A stretch of DNA of 64,000 bases. Source: Deltaproteobacteria bacterium. Its GTDB lineage: Bacteria; Myxococcota_A; Polyangia; Fen-1088. The position numbers and the translations under genes were made by a program. The notes beneath the pieces are model-generated. The model was not told the DNA's origin and did no database searches. It saw only the letters and a list, made by a program, of their open reading frames with translations. The stretch is taken from positions 1 to 64,000 of the forward strand of contig JANRKS010000006.1 of the NCBI GenBank assembly GCA_033763315.1, in the 5' to 3' direction. Below, piece by piece: positions 28,072 through 36,871 of this stretch. The stretch's first letter is position 1. Each line of letters starts with the position of its first letter.

Positions 28072-29301
28072 TCACCGTGTGGGCGTAACGGCAGCGAAGC
28101 TGGTGCCAAGGCGTAGTTCATCCAAGGAACCGGGACGCGTTACGGTGTCGGCGGTCCAGCTAACCGCGTTCACCAATGGCGGCGTGACCGTAGTCCGAGT
28201 AATGTCGGCCGTGGCTGGTGCCGCGCTTCCCAGCGTTGCTGGGTTTACGTACAAGTTAACCGTATTGTTCTCGCCATACGTTAGCGACACAACCAACAAT
28301 GCAGCGGATCCGATCACTATGGGCTTGGTTGATGGATATACGGCGCCGTCAACTTCCAGGCTCCAGCGCCGCTGACCGTCAATGACTGAGTTGACGCCGT
28401 AGAAGCCGACTCCCACACGTGGTACCTGGTTTGAAACCCAAACGATGTGATTCTTGTGAAGGGTCACCGTCATGGTGGCGTTGGTATCCACATCCATGCG
28501 CAGCAACACGCTGAACCAAACGGTCTTGCCGGCAGCTGCCAAGTCGTTGCCGTTGCGCAAGTTGGCGAAAGCTTCGCCGCCCACATCGAAGCCACGCCCA
28601 GCGCTCAGGTACTTGACGCCGCCAACCGCGTGCGAAGGCGAAACCTTGAGGTTGCCAAACGACAAGGGATTGTCGGAGACGATGTTGAACCCCGGTATAT
28701 CGATGTTGTCCGACTGCACGGACCACGCTGTGCGGAAACCGTAGCCAAGCGCTTGGTTGTGCAGCGGGCCTACCGTTCCGTCGAAAGTATCTTCGGCGAG
28801 CAAGGAAGGGTTCGGCCTCCCGGGCATACCGCCCGTGCCAGACGTGCCGCCTGTGCCGGGCGTGCCTCCAGTGCCAGGCATGCCGCCAGTGCCAGGAGTG
28901 CCGCCGGTGCCAGGCGTGCCACCCGTGCCAGGAGTGCCACCAGTGCCAGGAGTGCCGCCGGTGCCAGGCGTGCCACCAGTGCCAGGCATGCCTCCAGTGC
29001 CAGGCGTGCCACCAGTGCCACCCGTGCCACCAGTGCCGCCGGTGCCAGATGTGCCACCAGTGCCAGATGTGCCGCCTGTGCCGGGCGTGCCTCCACTGCC
29101 AGGAGTGCCGCCGGTGCCACCCTTGCCACCTGTCCCTCCTTTACCGCCCGTACCACCGCGGCCGCCTTTGCCGCCCGCTGAGTCCGCACCGCCGACACCA
29201 TCGTTGTTCACAGAAGTCGATGGGCCGCCACAGGCGCTCGCGACCAAGAAAACTGCGGCTATCCAAGGCAAACGATTTGGGAGGTTTCCAATAAGGTGCA
29301 T
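28072..29301 (-). CDS. Lipoprotein with GGTPGT-repeat tether and lectin-like C-terminal domain
   Basis: ASAC lipobox; LLAEDTFD...TVWFSVLLR...VNLYVNP...LDELRLGTSFAAVTP; GGAG RBS. Confidence 0.78.
   Translation of the reverse strand: MHLIGNLPNRLPWIAAVFLVASACGGPSTSVNNDGVGGADSAGGKGGRGGTGGKGGTGGKGGTGGTPGSGGTPGTGGTSGTGGTSGTGGTGGTGGTGGTPGTGGMPGTGGTPGTGGTPGTGGTPGTGGTPGTGGTPGTGGMPGTGGTPGTGGTSGTGGMPGRPNPSLLAEDTFDGTVGPLHNQALGYGFRTAWSVQSDNIDIPGFNIVSDNPLSFGNLKVSPSHAVGGVKYLSAGRGFDVGGEAFANLRNGNDLAAAGKTVWFSVLLRMDVDTNATMTVTLHKNHIVWVSNQVPRVGVGFYGVNSVIDGQRRWSLEVDGAVYPSTKPIVIGSAALLVVSLTYGENNTVNLYVNPATLGSAAPATADITRTTVTPPLVNAVSWTADTVTRPGSLDELRLGTSFAAVTPTR
28829..29120 (-). repeat. 18-bp/9-bp coding tandem repeat (GGTPGT)
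   Basis: Repeated gtgccaggagtgccgccg-type units. Confidence 0.88.
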
Positions 29302-29369
29302 TTGTGTTTTCTCCGAAGTAGGCGGCTGAGCGATTGTTACGGTTGGGTTGGCTGCGCTGTTGGCAAACG

Positions 29370-30761
29370 TCATCGAGCAAAGTCTGCCCCGCGTGCCGCC
29401 ACAGGCACACGGAACAAAGCTCCAAACGAAACGCTCGCGCCCTTGAGGGTGGTGAAGCCGAGATCCGTTCCAAGTGACGCGTAAAGGATGCTTCCGGTTG
29501 TGCCACCAAACGCCACAGCCAACAGCGTGATTTTGCCCTTGGCCTTTTCGACGGCGTCTTTGGACGCTGGGTCGTTGACAATCGCAATGCGCCCAAACTC
29601 TGCGCCGTTAGAGGCGAAGACACGAACCTCGCTGCCGCTTGTGACGTAAAGATTCCCAAACTCATCACAAGCCAAACGCCGCGGCTTCACAATGTCTGCC
29701 ACCAAAAGCTTCGGCGCCGCAAGTTGTCCTGACGATTGAATCTCTGCCGACCACAAGCTGCCTTTGCCCGTGGCAAATCCAGCGACTGTGAAATACAAAG
29801 TTTTGCCATCAGGCGAGGCCGCAAGGCCCAGCGGATCTTCCATGCCTGTCACTCCCGCAAGAACCTCCGTAAACGCTTGGGCTGCGGTCGCGTTAGGCTC
29901 TGATGTGAAGATGCGCGAGATGCTGGGATTCGTTCCTGCTTTGTGTGTCCAGTAAACCCTGCCACTGGCAAGCTCAACTGAGTCGAGCATGCGGCTGTGC
30001 AAACTAGACACCGACCATTTGGTTACATTCGAAAGATCCTTGAGCTCAAAGGGGCCGGCTGAGAGGCCTGGGCTCGGAATGCGCAGAACAAATTTGTTCG
30101 TTTTTTGTTGATGGCTGTAACACCAAAAAGCATTGGCCGCTTTTCCCCATTTGCACCAAGCCGTTTCTTCGATCTCGCTTGCGGTCGGAAAACGGAAATA
30201 CTCGGTGATGATGGATTTGTCGTTCGATTCTGTAAGTTGCCAAACTCGGAACGGGTGGATGTAAGGAAATGCTGAATCTGATCCCGCCACCTTTGTTGGA
30301 TACGCACCCTGAATGGCACTGACGTAAAGGTGGTTGGGTGGCTGCCATCCTAGATGCTCCACATGCGAGGTTGACCAACCCGGAAGCACACGCTCGGCGT
30401 TTGGGATGTTCTTGATCGGATTCGACGCGTTCGGTGCAAGGGTGGGTGGCATTCCCAAGCCAGGCCCCTCGATCACTTGCCCGGGACCGCTGCCAGCAGC
30501 ACCCGTTGTTGCACCAGCTGTACCAGCAGCGCCCGACGCACCAGCCGTCGAGCCACCGGTGCCGCTGAATCCGCCAGCGTTATTCGGGGCTCGCTCCCCG
30601 CCGTTGCCACCGGGTTGAGCCGAACCGCTTTGCCCCGCTTCGTTGTCCGTTCCTGGATCTTCCGGCTCTTCTTTATCGTCCGCATCGGAAGATGCGCCTG
30701 AGCATGCAGCCACAAGCGCGGACAGGATAAGCCAAGAAAAGCGCGCACGATGACTGATCAT
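29370..30761 (-). CDS. SMP-30/gluconolactonase-like beta-propeller lipoprotein
   Basis: VAAC lipobox; PLGLAASPDGKTLY, LACDEFGNLYVT...VRVFASNG, VAFGG...LY. Confidence 0.8.
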   Translation of the reverse strand: MISHRARFSWLILSALVAACSGASSDADDKEEPEDPGTDNEAGQSGSAQPGGNGGERAPNNAGGFSGTGGSTAGASGAAGTAGATTGAAGSGPGQVIEGPGLGMPPTLAPNASNPIKNIPNAERVLPGWSTSHVEHLGWQPPNHLYVSAIQGAYPTKVAGSDSAFPYIHPFRVWQLTESNDKSIITEYFRFPTASEIEETAWCKWGKAANAFWCYSHQQKTNKFVLRIPSPGLSAGPFELKDLSNVTKWSVSSLHSRMLDSVELASGRVYWTHKAGTNPSISRIFTSEPNATAAQAFTEVLAGVTGMEDPLGLAASPDGKTLYFTVAGFATGKGSLWSAEIQSSGQLAAPKLLVADIVKPRRLACDEFGNLYVTSGSEVRVFASNGAEFGRIAIVNDPASKDAVEKAKGKITLLAVAFGGTTGSILYASLGTDLGFTTLKGASVSFGALFRVPVAARGADFAR

Positions 30762-30769
30762 GCCCAGTG

Positions 30770-30797
30770 GTCGCCACCACAGAGCAACAACGGCTCA
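30770..30797 (-). promoter_or_regulatory. Putative ECF promoter TGAGCC-N18-CGAC
   Basis: TGAGCCgttgttgctctgtggtggCGAC, 8 nt before ATG 30761. Confidence 0.72.
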
Positions 30798-30799
30798 CC

Positions 30800-32581
30800 T
30801 CATTCAAACGGCAATGCAACTTTGCGCATGGGCGCTACAAAGACGGGATCACTTGTGGGCACAAACGAAGGCCCACCTTCCGTGGCAGAATTGACGGCAG
30901 CGGTGAAACGCGACATCAGGGCGGGTAGATCCTTTAGCTCTTCGGGCTTTTGAAAAAGCGCGAGCGAGTTCTGCATGATCTCGGCGCAGCGAAGCCACCG
31001 GCTGCTTTCGCGCAGGCGCCCCGATGTTTCGATGTATGCGGTGCGCAGCAAGATCTCCATGCGCAGGGCGTTGGTTGCCATTGTGCGCAACCGCTGACCG
31101 CGGAGCGAATCATCCATGGCAATGCCACGGGCGGCCATGATCGACCACCATGTAAAGCTGCCCGCGCGGCAGAAGTCGGGATGATCGACGTCGAGCGGCC
31201 TGGCAATCGACGATAGATCTCCCATCGGAAAGAAGCGGCTGTCTGCCCCGTAATGCCGATGTACAAATCTCCAGATGCTCACCAGCAATCTGTGCGTGGC
31301 CATGGTTTCCATTTGGCCCTTAGACCACAGATCCTGTTCCGCCAACCCGCTGACGTGCGTGTTGAAAAGGCCAGGCGGATCCATCATCGTGTGCAACCAA
31401 AACAGCGAACGCCGGTACGCTGCCAAATCCCACCACCAGCCAAGGTGAGCTTGGCCGGGGTGAGGCGATCCAGGATCGGCATCAATGCGTCCATCACCGA
31501 ACGCACAGTCATTGCCCTCGCACGTGCCCGCACGATAGTCCGGGGGAAGTTGTGTCCATGTATTTGTAGAAGCGAAGTCGCTGTCCACGGCTGCCCACGC
31601 GAAGACCAGATTGCGGTTAAACAGTTTCTCGCGGTCAGCTTTGACCACATCGGCCAGGCCGGCTGAGGGATCGGGAAAATCGAAGCTGCCCCGCTGCAGC
31701 ATGAACGCGATCACTTGCAAGGCGCGATACTGGCTGCGCGCATGCTTGGCCAACACTTCGGGTATCGGTGTTAACGCGCGCGCCGTGGCGGTGCGAAGGG
31801 TTTCTTCAACCGCGCGCCAAAAGGTAAGTGGCTTTGGGTCGCTGATGTATGCGTTTTGCGCTTCGAATGCGCGTTTGGCTGCGGCCGGCTCTGGAATGGT
31901 TGCAAAACTCGGCAGCCACTCGAAAATGCGTACATGCTCGGGCCCATGGATGCCGCTTGAACTGAGCAAGGGAAACTTGATCGCGGTGGGAAGCTGGCGC
32001 AGATCGAGGTTAAGCAACTGGTCACGCGCGCGCTCGGCTTGTTCCACCGTGGTGATGGCGCCCGGCTTTGCAATCGCAAGGCCCTGCGTTTCAAGATGGC
32101 CGAACAGCACAGCTTCCTTTTCGTGGGTGGTGGTCGCGGCTTCAATCTCTGCGTTGCGTGGCAGCAAACGAAACTGCAACGGATCAAGCGGGGCGTCGAT
32201 GGTGAATCGCGCACGCTGGTAAGACACCAGCTTTGCGATGGCTTCTGCATCGGCAGGGCTGGCTCCTTCGGCAGTGGCCTTTGCGGCAATTACATCGGGC
32301 GCAAATCCCACGCGCGCAAGGCAGCTGGCATCGAAACTGTGGCAGTGAACGCAAGCGCCGCGCCGGTTTGGCCGCCGCCATGCCAATAAGCCTTGCCGAA
32401 ACTCTTGATTTGCAAAGGGATCGGCAACATCTTTTGCGATCGGAACCACCAGATCTTCGTCATCCTGCACCACGGGGCCGATAGGATGATTGGCCTTGAT
32501 CAAGTTTACGTCGCAACCACACAGCCCGATAAACGCAAGCATCGTTCCGGTAAGCCGAATGCTGCACAGAGTACGTGGCAT
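30800..32581 (-). CDS. Uncharacterised lipoprotein with a single CxxCH (putative cytochrome c)
   Basis: LCGC lipobox; GACVHCHS; ATG overlaps upstream stop (TGATG). Confidence 0.7.
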   Translation of the reverse strand: MPRTLCSIRLTGTMLAFIGLCGCDVNLIKANHPIGPVVQDDEDLVVPIAKDVADPFANQEFRQGLLAWRRPNRRGACVHCHSFDASCLARVGFAPDVIAAKATAEGASPADAEAIAKLVSYQRARFTIDAPLDPLQFRLLPRNAEIEAATTTHEKEAVLFGHLETQGLAIAKPGAITTVEQAERARDQLLNLDLRQLPTAIKFPLLSSSGIHGPEHVRIFEWLPSFATIPEPAAAKRAFEAQNAYISDPKPLTFWRAVEETLRTATARALTPIPEVLAKHARSQYRALQVIAFMLQRGSFDFPDPSAGLADVVKADREKLFNRNLVFAWAAVDSDFASTNTWTQLPPDYRAGTCEGNDCAFGDGRIDADPGSPHPGQAHLGWWWDLAAYRRSLFWLHTMMDPPGLFNTHVSGLAEQDLWSKGQMETMATHRLLVSIWRFVHRHYGADSRFFPMGDLSSIARPLDVDHPDFCRAGSFTWWSIMAARGIAMDDSLRGQRLRTMATNALRMEILLRTAYIETSGRLRESSRWLRCAEIMQNSLALFQKPEELKDLPALMSRFTAAVNSATEGGPSFVPTSDPVFVAPMRKVALPFE

Positions 32582-33615
32582 CAAAACACCTGATACTGCA
32601 GGCCCAACGCTGCGTAGCCTATCGGCAAGCCCCAGGTGCCAGCTTGTCTTTCGGCGAAGGTCAACTGAACCCAAGGCACGCCAACCCCAGCGGCCAAATC
32701 AAACGTAAGTTGCAGATTTTGTGTGACGGCCACGCCTGCGCTCGCAAGCCCCATTGCCGCGCCGGCCGGATGCAGGGCAACGTCTGCCGTATAGCCAGGC
32801 GTTGTGTCCGAATCGAAATGGGTAACGCCGCCCCACAATTGCAGACCAGCATCCAAAGTGATCCGCCCTTGCTGCAGGCGCCGCAGAAGGCCTAAGCCTG
32901 CAAGATAACTCTTCACACCGCTTTGCCCTTCAACCCCAGTTAGAGGAGACGCCGCAACGTTAAAGAGGCCCGCCATCGACAGCACCCATTTCGGGCGCAG
33001 AAGCACGCGAAACGCCAGGTGCCCGAGCCACTCGGGCGAAACGCCCCGAACAGATGACAGCACAGCGGGCGCCAACAACACGTGGCCCTGGCGTGAAAAC
33101 GTGGGTGCGCTTGGTTTAGGCGTTGGCGCCGCCGCAGCCACGTCGCTTACAGGCTTTGGCATCGCGGGCGCCGCTTCGATTTTCGTGCTGCGCGCGGGAA
33201 GCGCAAGCTCAAGCAAGCTGGCGCGCAAAAGTTCAACGGTTTGCAGCGCCACCGTGCCGTGGTCGTGTGCGTCGGCATCTAGTTGGCGCAACACGGTTTT
33301 GCCTGTGACCCGGTCTGCCACCACCGCTTGCCAGCCAGTGTCCGTGTAAGCCACACGAACCGCGGCGATCGCCGCCCGTTCTTTCGCCAGCGCATCAAGA
33401 CGCCATGGAACTTCAAGGCTGGGTTCATCAACCACCGCGATGGGCTGGTAACCCATGATTTGAAATTCAACACTTAACCGCGCTTGCAATCCGGCATCCG
33501 AAGAGACCACAAGGATCTGCCGCGCCTCTCGGTCGTCTGTCCATCCAGGACTGGCGATTGCAACCAACGTCAGGAAACAGATAGGTGCAATCAGGGCGCG
33601 AGCCACACGCATCAC
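32581..33615 (-). CDS. Secreted, outer-membrane-like protein of ECF triad 1
   Basis: Signal peptide; RLSVEF...ALQTVELLRASLLEL N-domain; Pro-rich linker; amphipathic strands ending LQYQVF. Confidence 0.72.
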   Translation of the reverse strand: MMRVARALIAPICFLTLVAIASPGWTDDREARQILVVSSDAGLQARLSVEFQIMGYQPIAVVDEPSLEVPWRLDALAKERAAIAAVRVAYTDTGWQAVVADRVTGKTVLRQLDADAHDHGTVALQTVELLRASLLELALPARSTKIEAAPAMPKPVSDVAAAAPTPKPSAPTFSRQGHVLLAPAVLSSVRGVSPEWLGHLAFRVLLRPKWVLSMAGLFNVAASPLTGVEGQSGVKSYLAGLGLLRRLQQGRITLDAGLQLWGGVTHFDSDTTPGYTADVALHPAGAAMGLASAGVAVTQNLQLTFDLAAGVGVPWVQLTFAERQAGTWGLPIGYAALGLQYQVF

Positions 33616-34835
33616 GGCCTGCGGTCCATGCCGTCCATCGATGATGCCGCGATCAACTTTTGGGCTAGCTGCGTATACGCACCGGAGGGGTGCGCTTTCA
33701 CAAACGCGCGCGCTGCGGCCACCGCCTGCGCATCCAGCTTCGCGGCCTTCAAGGATTCAATGTGACGCCAACCGGCTTCTTCGGACATGGGGCCCCGAGG
33801 GGCGCGCTGATAGCTGCGCGCAAACCATTGCGACGCGCGCGTGGGGCTGCGGCTCTGCTCGTCAGCCATACGGCCCAATGTGAACGCGGCGATGCTGGCG
33901 GCTCGGTCATCCGATGATTCCCACACGTGCTCATAAAGGCGTGCAGCTCGTTTTTGCTGGCCACCCAAGCGAAGGGCATCGCCTACGGCAATCGCGTCCG
34001 CGGCACTCAAGCGATTCAGATTGCGCTCAAGGCCCAACCGCGAAATGGCTCTGACGGCGCCTGCGAAATCGCCGGCGCGCACCAGGCTTTGCCACGGGGC
34101 CGTTGCAACAACGTCACGTGGGCGTGGTGAAGACGATGGTGGGCTCTCCATTGCAGGCGCAGCCGCCGCTTGCGGCGGGCAGCGAATGTCTTGGGCGTCG
34201 CCAGCGTTCAGAATGATGTCTTTGGCGAGGCAATCGCCATGCACGCGCACCTGACCGTGGTGCATTTGCACGAAAAGCGTTTCCGCCGGGGCATCCCAGG
34301 CCATGTCGAAACTTGTGCCTGTGACCTCCACAACAAAAACGCCCTGTTCGCCCGCAACGAAATCCCAGTGTTTCACACGTGGCGTAACATCTGCGCGTAG
34401 GCGGCCGCTGCGCAAAACTATCTTCGCCAATGCCTTTTGGTTGGCCGCGATCTTCGCCGTGGCGCCGCCTTGCAAGGCCACATTGGTACCCTCTTCAAAC
34501 TGCATTGGGAAGGCGCGATCGAGCGCGGCCGTCACCCAGGCTCCTGTGGCTGGCAATGGTGTGATGTGTGCCGCGAATGATGTGGGTTGTGGCACGGCAA
34601 CCTCGCGCGCGGTGGGGCGCAAGGCGATAAAGGCAACAACGCTCGCGGCGAAGCCCAGCGAAGACGCAAGCAACCACGGCCGCAGCGCGTGCAACTTGGA
34701 GGTGTGGCGTTGGCTTGCCGCGCGTAGAAACCCATCGCGCGCCCGCTCGGGATTGCGCATGGCTTCGCGCCGCTCGTCCCAGACCTGGGCGGCCGGGGCA
34801 ATGAACTGCGCTATTTCGCGATCGCGGTCTTCCAT
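33612..34835 (-). CDS. FecR-domain anti-sigma factor with C-terminal TPR
   Basis: TM helix; FEEGTNVAL...LRSGRLRADV...VEVTGTSF...GQVRV FecR motifs; TPR ending FVKAHPSG. Confidence 0.85.
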   Translation of the reverse strand: MEDRDREIAQFIAPAAQVWDERREAMRNPERARDGFLRAASQRHTSKLHALRPWLLASSLGFAASVVAFIALRPTAREVAVPQPTSFAAHITPLPATGAWVTAALDRAFPMQFEEGTNVALQGGATAKIAANQKALAKIVLRSGRLRADVTPRVKHWDFVAGEQGVFVVEVTGTSFDMAWDAPAETLFVQMHHGQVRVHGDCLAKDIILNAGDAQDIRCPPQAAAAPAMESPPSSSPRPRDVVATAPWQSLVRAGDFAGAVRAISRLGLERNLNRLSAADAIAVGDALRLGGQQKRAARLYEHVWESSDDRAASIAAFTLGRMADEQSRSPTRASQWFARSYQRAPRGPMSEEAGWRHIESLKAAKLDAQAVAAARAFVKAHPSGAYTQLAQKLIAASSMDGMDRRP

Positions 34836-35446
34836 TTTCCACTTCTGCTCACGCAGTCCCAAAGGTCCGGATCTTGGCGTGCGGCGGTCAAGAAGCGCCC
34901 CTCGGCGCTGCCCAAACGTCGCTTAATGGTGGCCAGGGAAACACCGCACACGCTGGCCACCTCTTCAAGTTGCATGCCCTCAAGGTGCCGCAACGAGAAC
35001 GGTATGCGAAGGTCTGAAGACATCTTATCGAGGATCAGGCGCAGCGATTCGGCCAACATGGCTTCTTGGGAATCGGGCGCGTCGACGTGTGGGATCTCGC
35101 TGGTGCGAAGGAATAGTGCGCGCAGCCGTCGGCGGCGTCCCATTTTCCGTAGGTAGGAACGCGCTTTAAACACCGCCACCGACGCCAGCCAATGTTTGAG
35201 AGATTCGCCCTTTCTTACGTCACGAAAGTTTGCCAGCGCCGCCACAAAAACTTCTTGAAGTAGATCGGGGATATCGCCATCGGGCCCCAAAATGCGACAC
35301 AACACACGGTCAACGTAACCGGCATACGTGTCATACAGGGCGCGTGGCGCATTGGGATCGCCGGCCCAAAGCGCGGCAAGTATGCGTTGCTCCTGGGTTT
35401 GAACTTCGGGCCCCGGCGCCCACTGGCTGATGCTTTCGCTCGTCAT
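34811..35446 (-). CDS. ECF sigma-70 factor
   Basis: Region 2 DLLQEVFV...WLASVAV; region 4 LRHLEGMQLEEVASVCGVSLATIKRRL; start uncertain (35446 or 35488). Confidence 0.92.
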   Translation of the reverse strand: MTSESISQWAPGPEVQTQEQRILAALWAGDPNAPRALYDTYAGYVDRVLCRILGPDGDIPDLLQEVFVAALANFRDVRKGESLKHWLASVAVFKARSYLRKMGRRRRLRALFLRTSEIPHVDAPDSQEAMLAESLRLILDKMSSDLRIPFSLRHLEGMQLEEVASVCGVSLATIKRRLGSAEGRFLTAARQDPDLWDCVSRSGKWKTAIAK

Positions 35447-35598
35447 GAATGCGATCGGACTCGAAGCGATGAAGGTATAGCTTAACAAGTGCCGGGGACT
35501 CGGCTAGGGAAAGCTGGCCATCTGTCGGCGGCACACATAGGGGTACCTAAGCCAGATTGATGGATCGCTGGGCACACGCCTTCAGTCATCAGAAAGAG

Positions 35599-35626
35599 GT
35601 CGCCGCGAACCGGATCGAACGGCTCA
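35599..35626 (-). promoter_or_regulatory. Putative ECF promoter TGAGCC-N18-CGAC (autoregulatory position)
   Basis: TGAGCCgttcgatccggttcgcggCGAC upstream of the ECF gene. Confidence 0.72.
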
Positions 35627-35749
35627 ACAAAATTACACATACTTGCACCAAGGGTATCGGCATGTCCTTTGGCGAAGTTCAGCAGCTCGCGAGCTGAGCT
35701 TGCGGCTGGTGACCCACTTTGTGGTTGGTAAGGGTGATTCCCAGGCGGT

Positions 35750-36871
35750 TCAAAAAATAAATCCGGCGGCTAGCGCTGGCCGAATGGTTTGCGGATTGGC
35801 GGGTGCCACGAGGTTTCCCGCGTCTCGTACGGCCAAACGGAGGTCCAAAAGCTCAAGCTCCGCTGCCATTTCGATAAAGAGTGCAATCCCCAGCCACACA
35901 TGGCTGGCTCTGGCGCGAAGGCGCGCGACGGGGTTGGGTCGCATGCCGGAGGAGACAGGTTTGTATCCGGAAGTCGGCTCTGTTTGAACGTCGAGTCGCA
36001 CAACATCACCACCAACGTCAAACCCTGTTTGAAGCTCCCATCGGTCGTAACGGCGGGCAGCGGCCAACCCCACCCGAAGACCCAGCAGGGACATGTCGGC
36101 GCTGACGTCTGGAGTTGCGGCGATGGTTGTCGCAAACACATGACGAAACTCCACGCGTGCTGCCCACGACCACGAGGCGCGACGCTGCCATCGTGCCACG
36201 CCCGCCGCCGCTGTGTGCTGCGGACCTACGCTTGGCAACAGCACAACAGCTCCATACCCGGCATCAAGTTGCCAGCTGTGCGCTTCTGTTTCCGCAGTCC
36301 TCGACTTTGCGCTCACGGCCGCCACCGCAGGCACCACGGCTGCCGGCGGTGGTGGCGGGGCCAACGTCTCTCTTACCTTTTCGACCTCAAGGCCGATCAC
36401 TTCGCCTCCGTCAAGCGCGTCCAAGAGCGTGCGGAACGCTTGGGCGGATTGCTCGAACAGAAGAAGATCGTCTTTGCCATCCGTTTGCCGAAAACGTCGA
36501 ATGGCCGCGCGCCGGTTCTTCACATCCACGAAGAACAACGCGCCTGTGTTTTCGTCGCGAAGGTCAAGCCAAGCACGCGCGGCGGGGGCGCCTTCTTCTT
36601 CGTCTAGACTTAGGACCTGGGCCGCTACGTTAGGCTTATTGGGTGTCACCAGGGTCCATCCTGTGGGATCGATGACCTCGTGAATGTAACGGGACAAATC
36701 CTTGGCGCGCGCCGTTTCGCTCGGATCTGAGAGCACAAAAAGCTCAGCGGTGCGAGGCAGTGTAGGTCCGTCTTTGGCCCTCGCCACTTGTGAACCGAAC
36801 AGCAACGCCGAGACCGTCAACCAAAGAAAGACGCGGCCCGTTTTATGGTTCCTTCGCATTTTCCAGGGCAT
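35750..36871 (-). CDS. Secreted, outer-membrane-like protein of ECF triad 2
   Basis: Signal peptide; ARAWLDL...IRRF N-domain; poly-Pro linker; amphipathic strands ending AGFIF. Confidence 0.72.
   Translation of the reverse strand: MPWKMRRNHKTGRVFLWLTVSALLFGSQVARAKDGPTLPRTAELFVLSDPSETARAKDLSRYIHEVIDPTGWTLVTPNKPNVAAQVLSLDEEEGAPAARAWLDLRDENTGALFFVDVKNRRAAIRRFRQTDGKDDLLLFEQSAQAFRTLLDALDGGEVIGLEVEKVRETLAPPPPPAAVVPAVAAVSAKSRTAETEAHSWQLDAGYGAVVLLPSVGPQHTAAAGVARWQRRASWSWAARVEFRHVFATTIAATPDVSADMSLLGLRVGLAAARRYDRWELQTGFDVGGDVVRLDVQTEPTSGYKPVSSGMRPNPVARLRARASHVWLGIALFIEMAAELELLDLRLAVRDAGNLVAPANPQTIRPALAAGFIF

Noticed and set aside
28829-29120. Tandem repeats as a possible CRISPR array
   Set aside because: In-frame 9/18-bp coding units with no unique spacers and no cas genes
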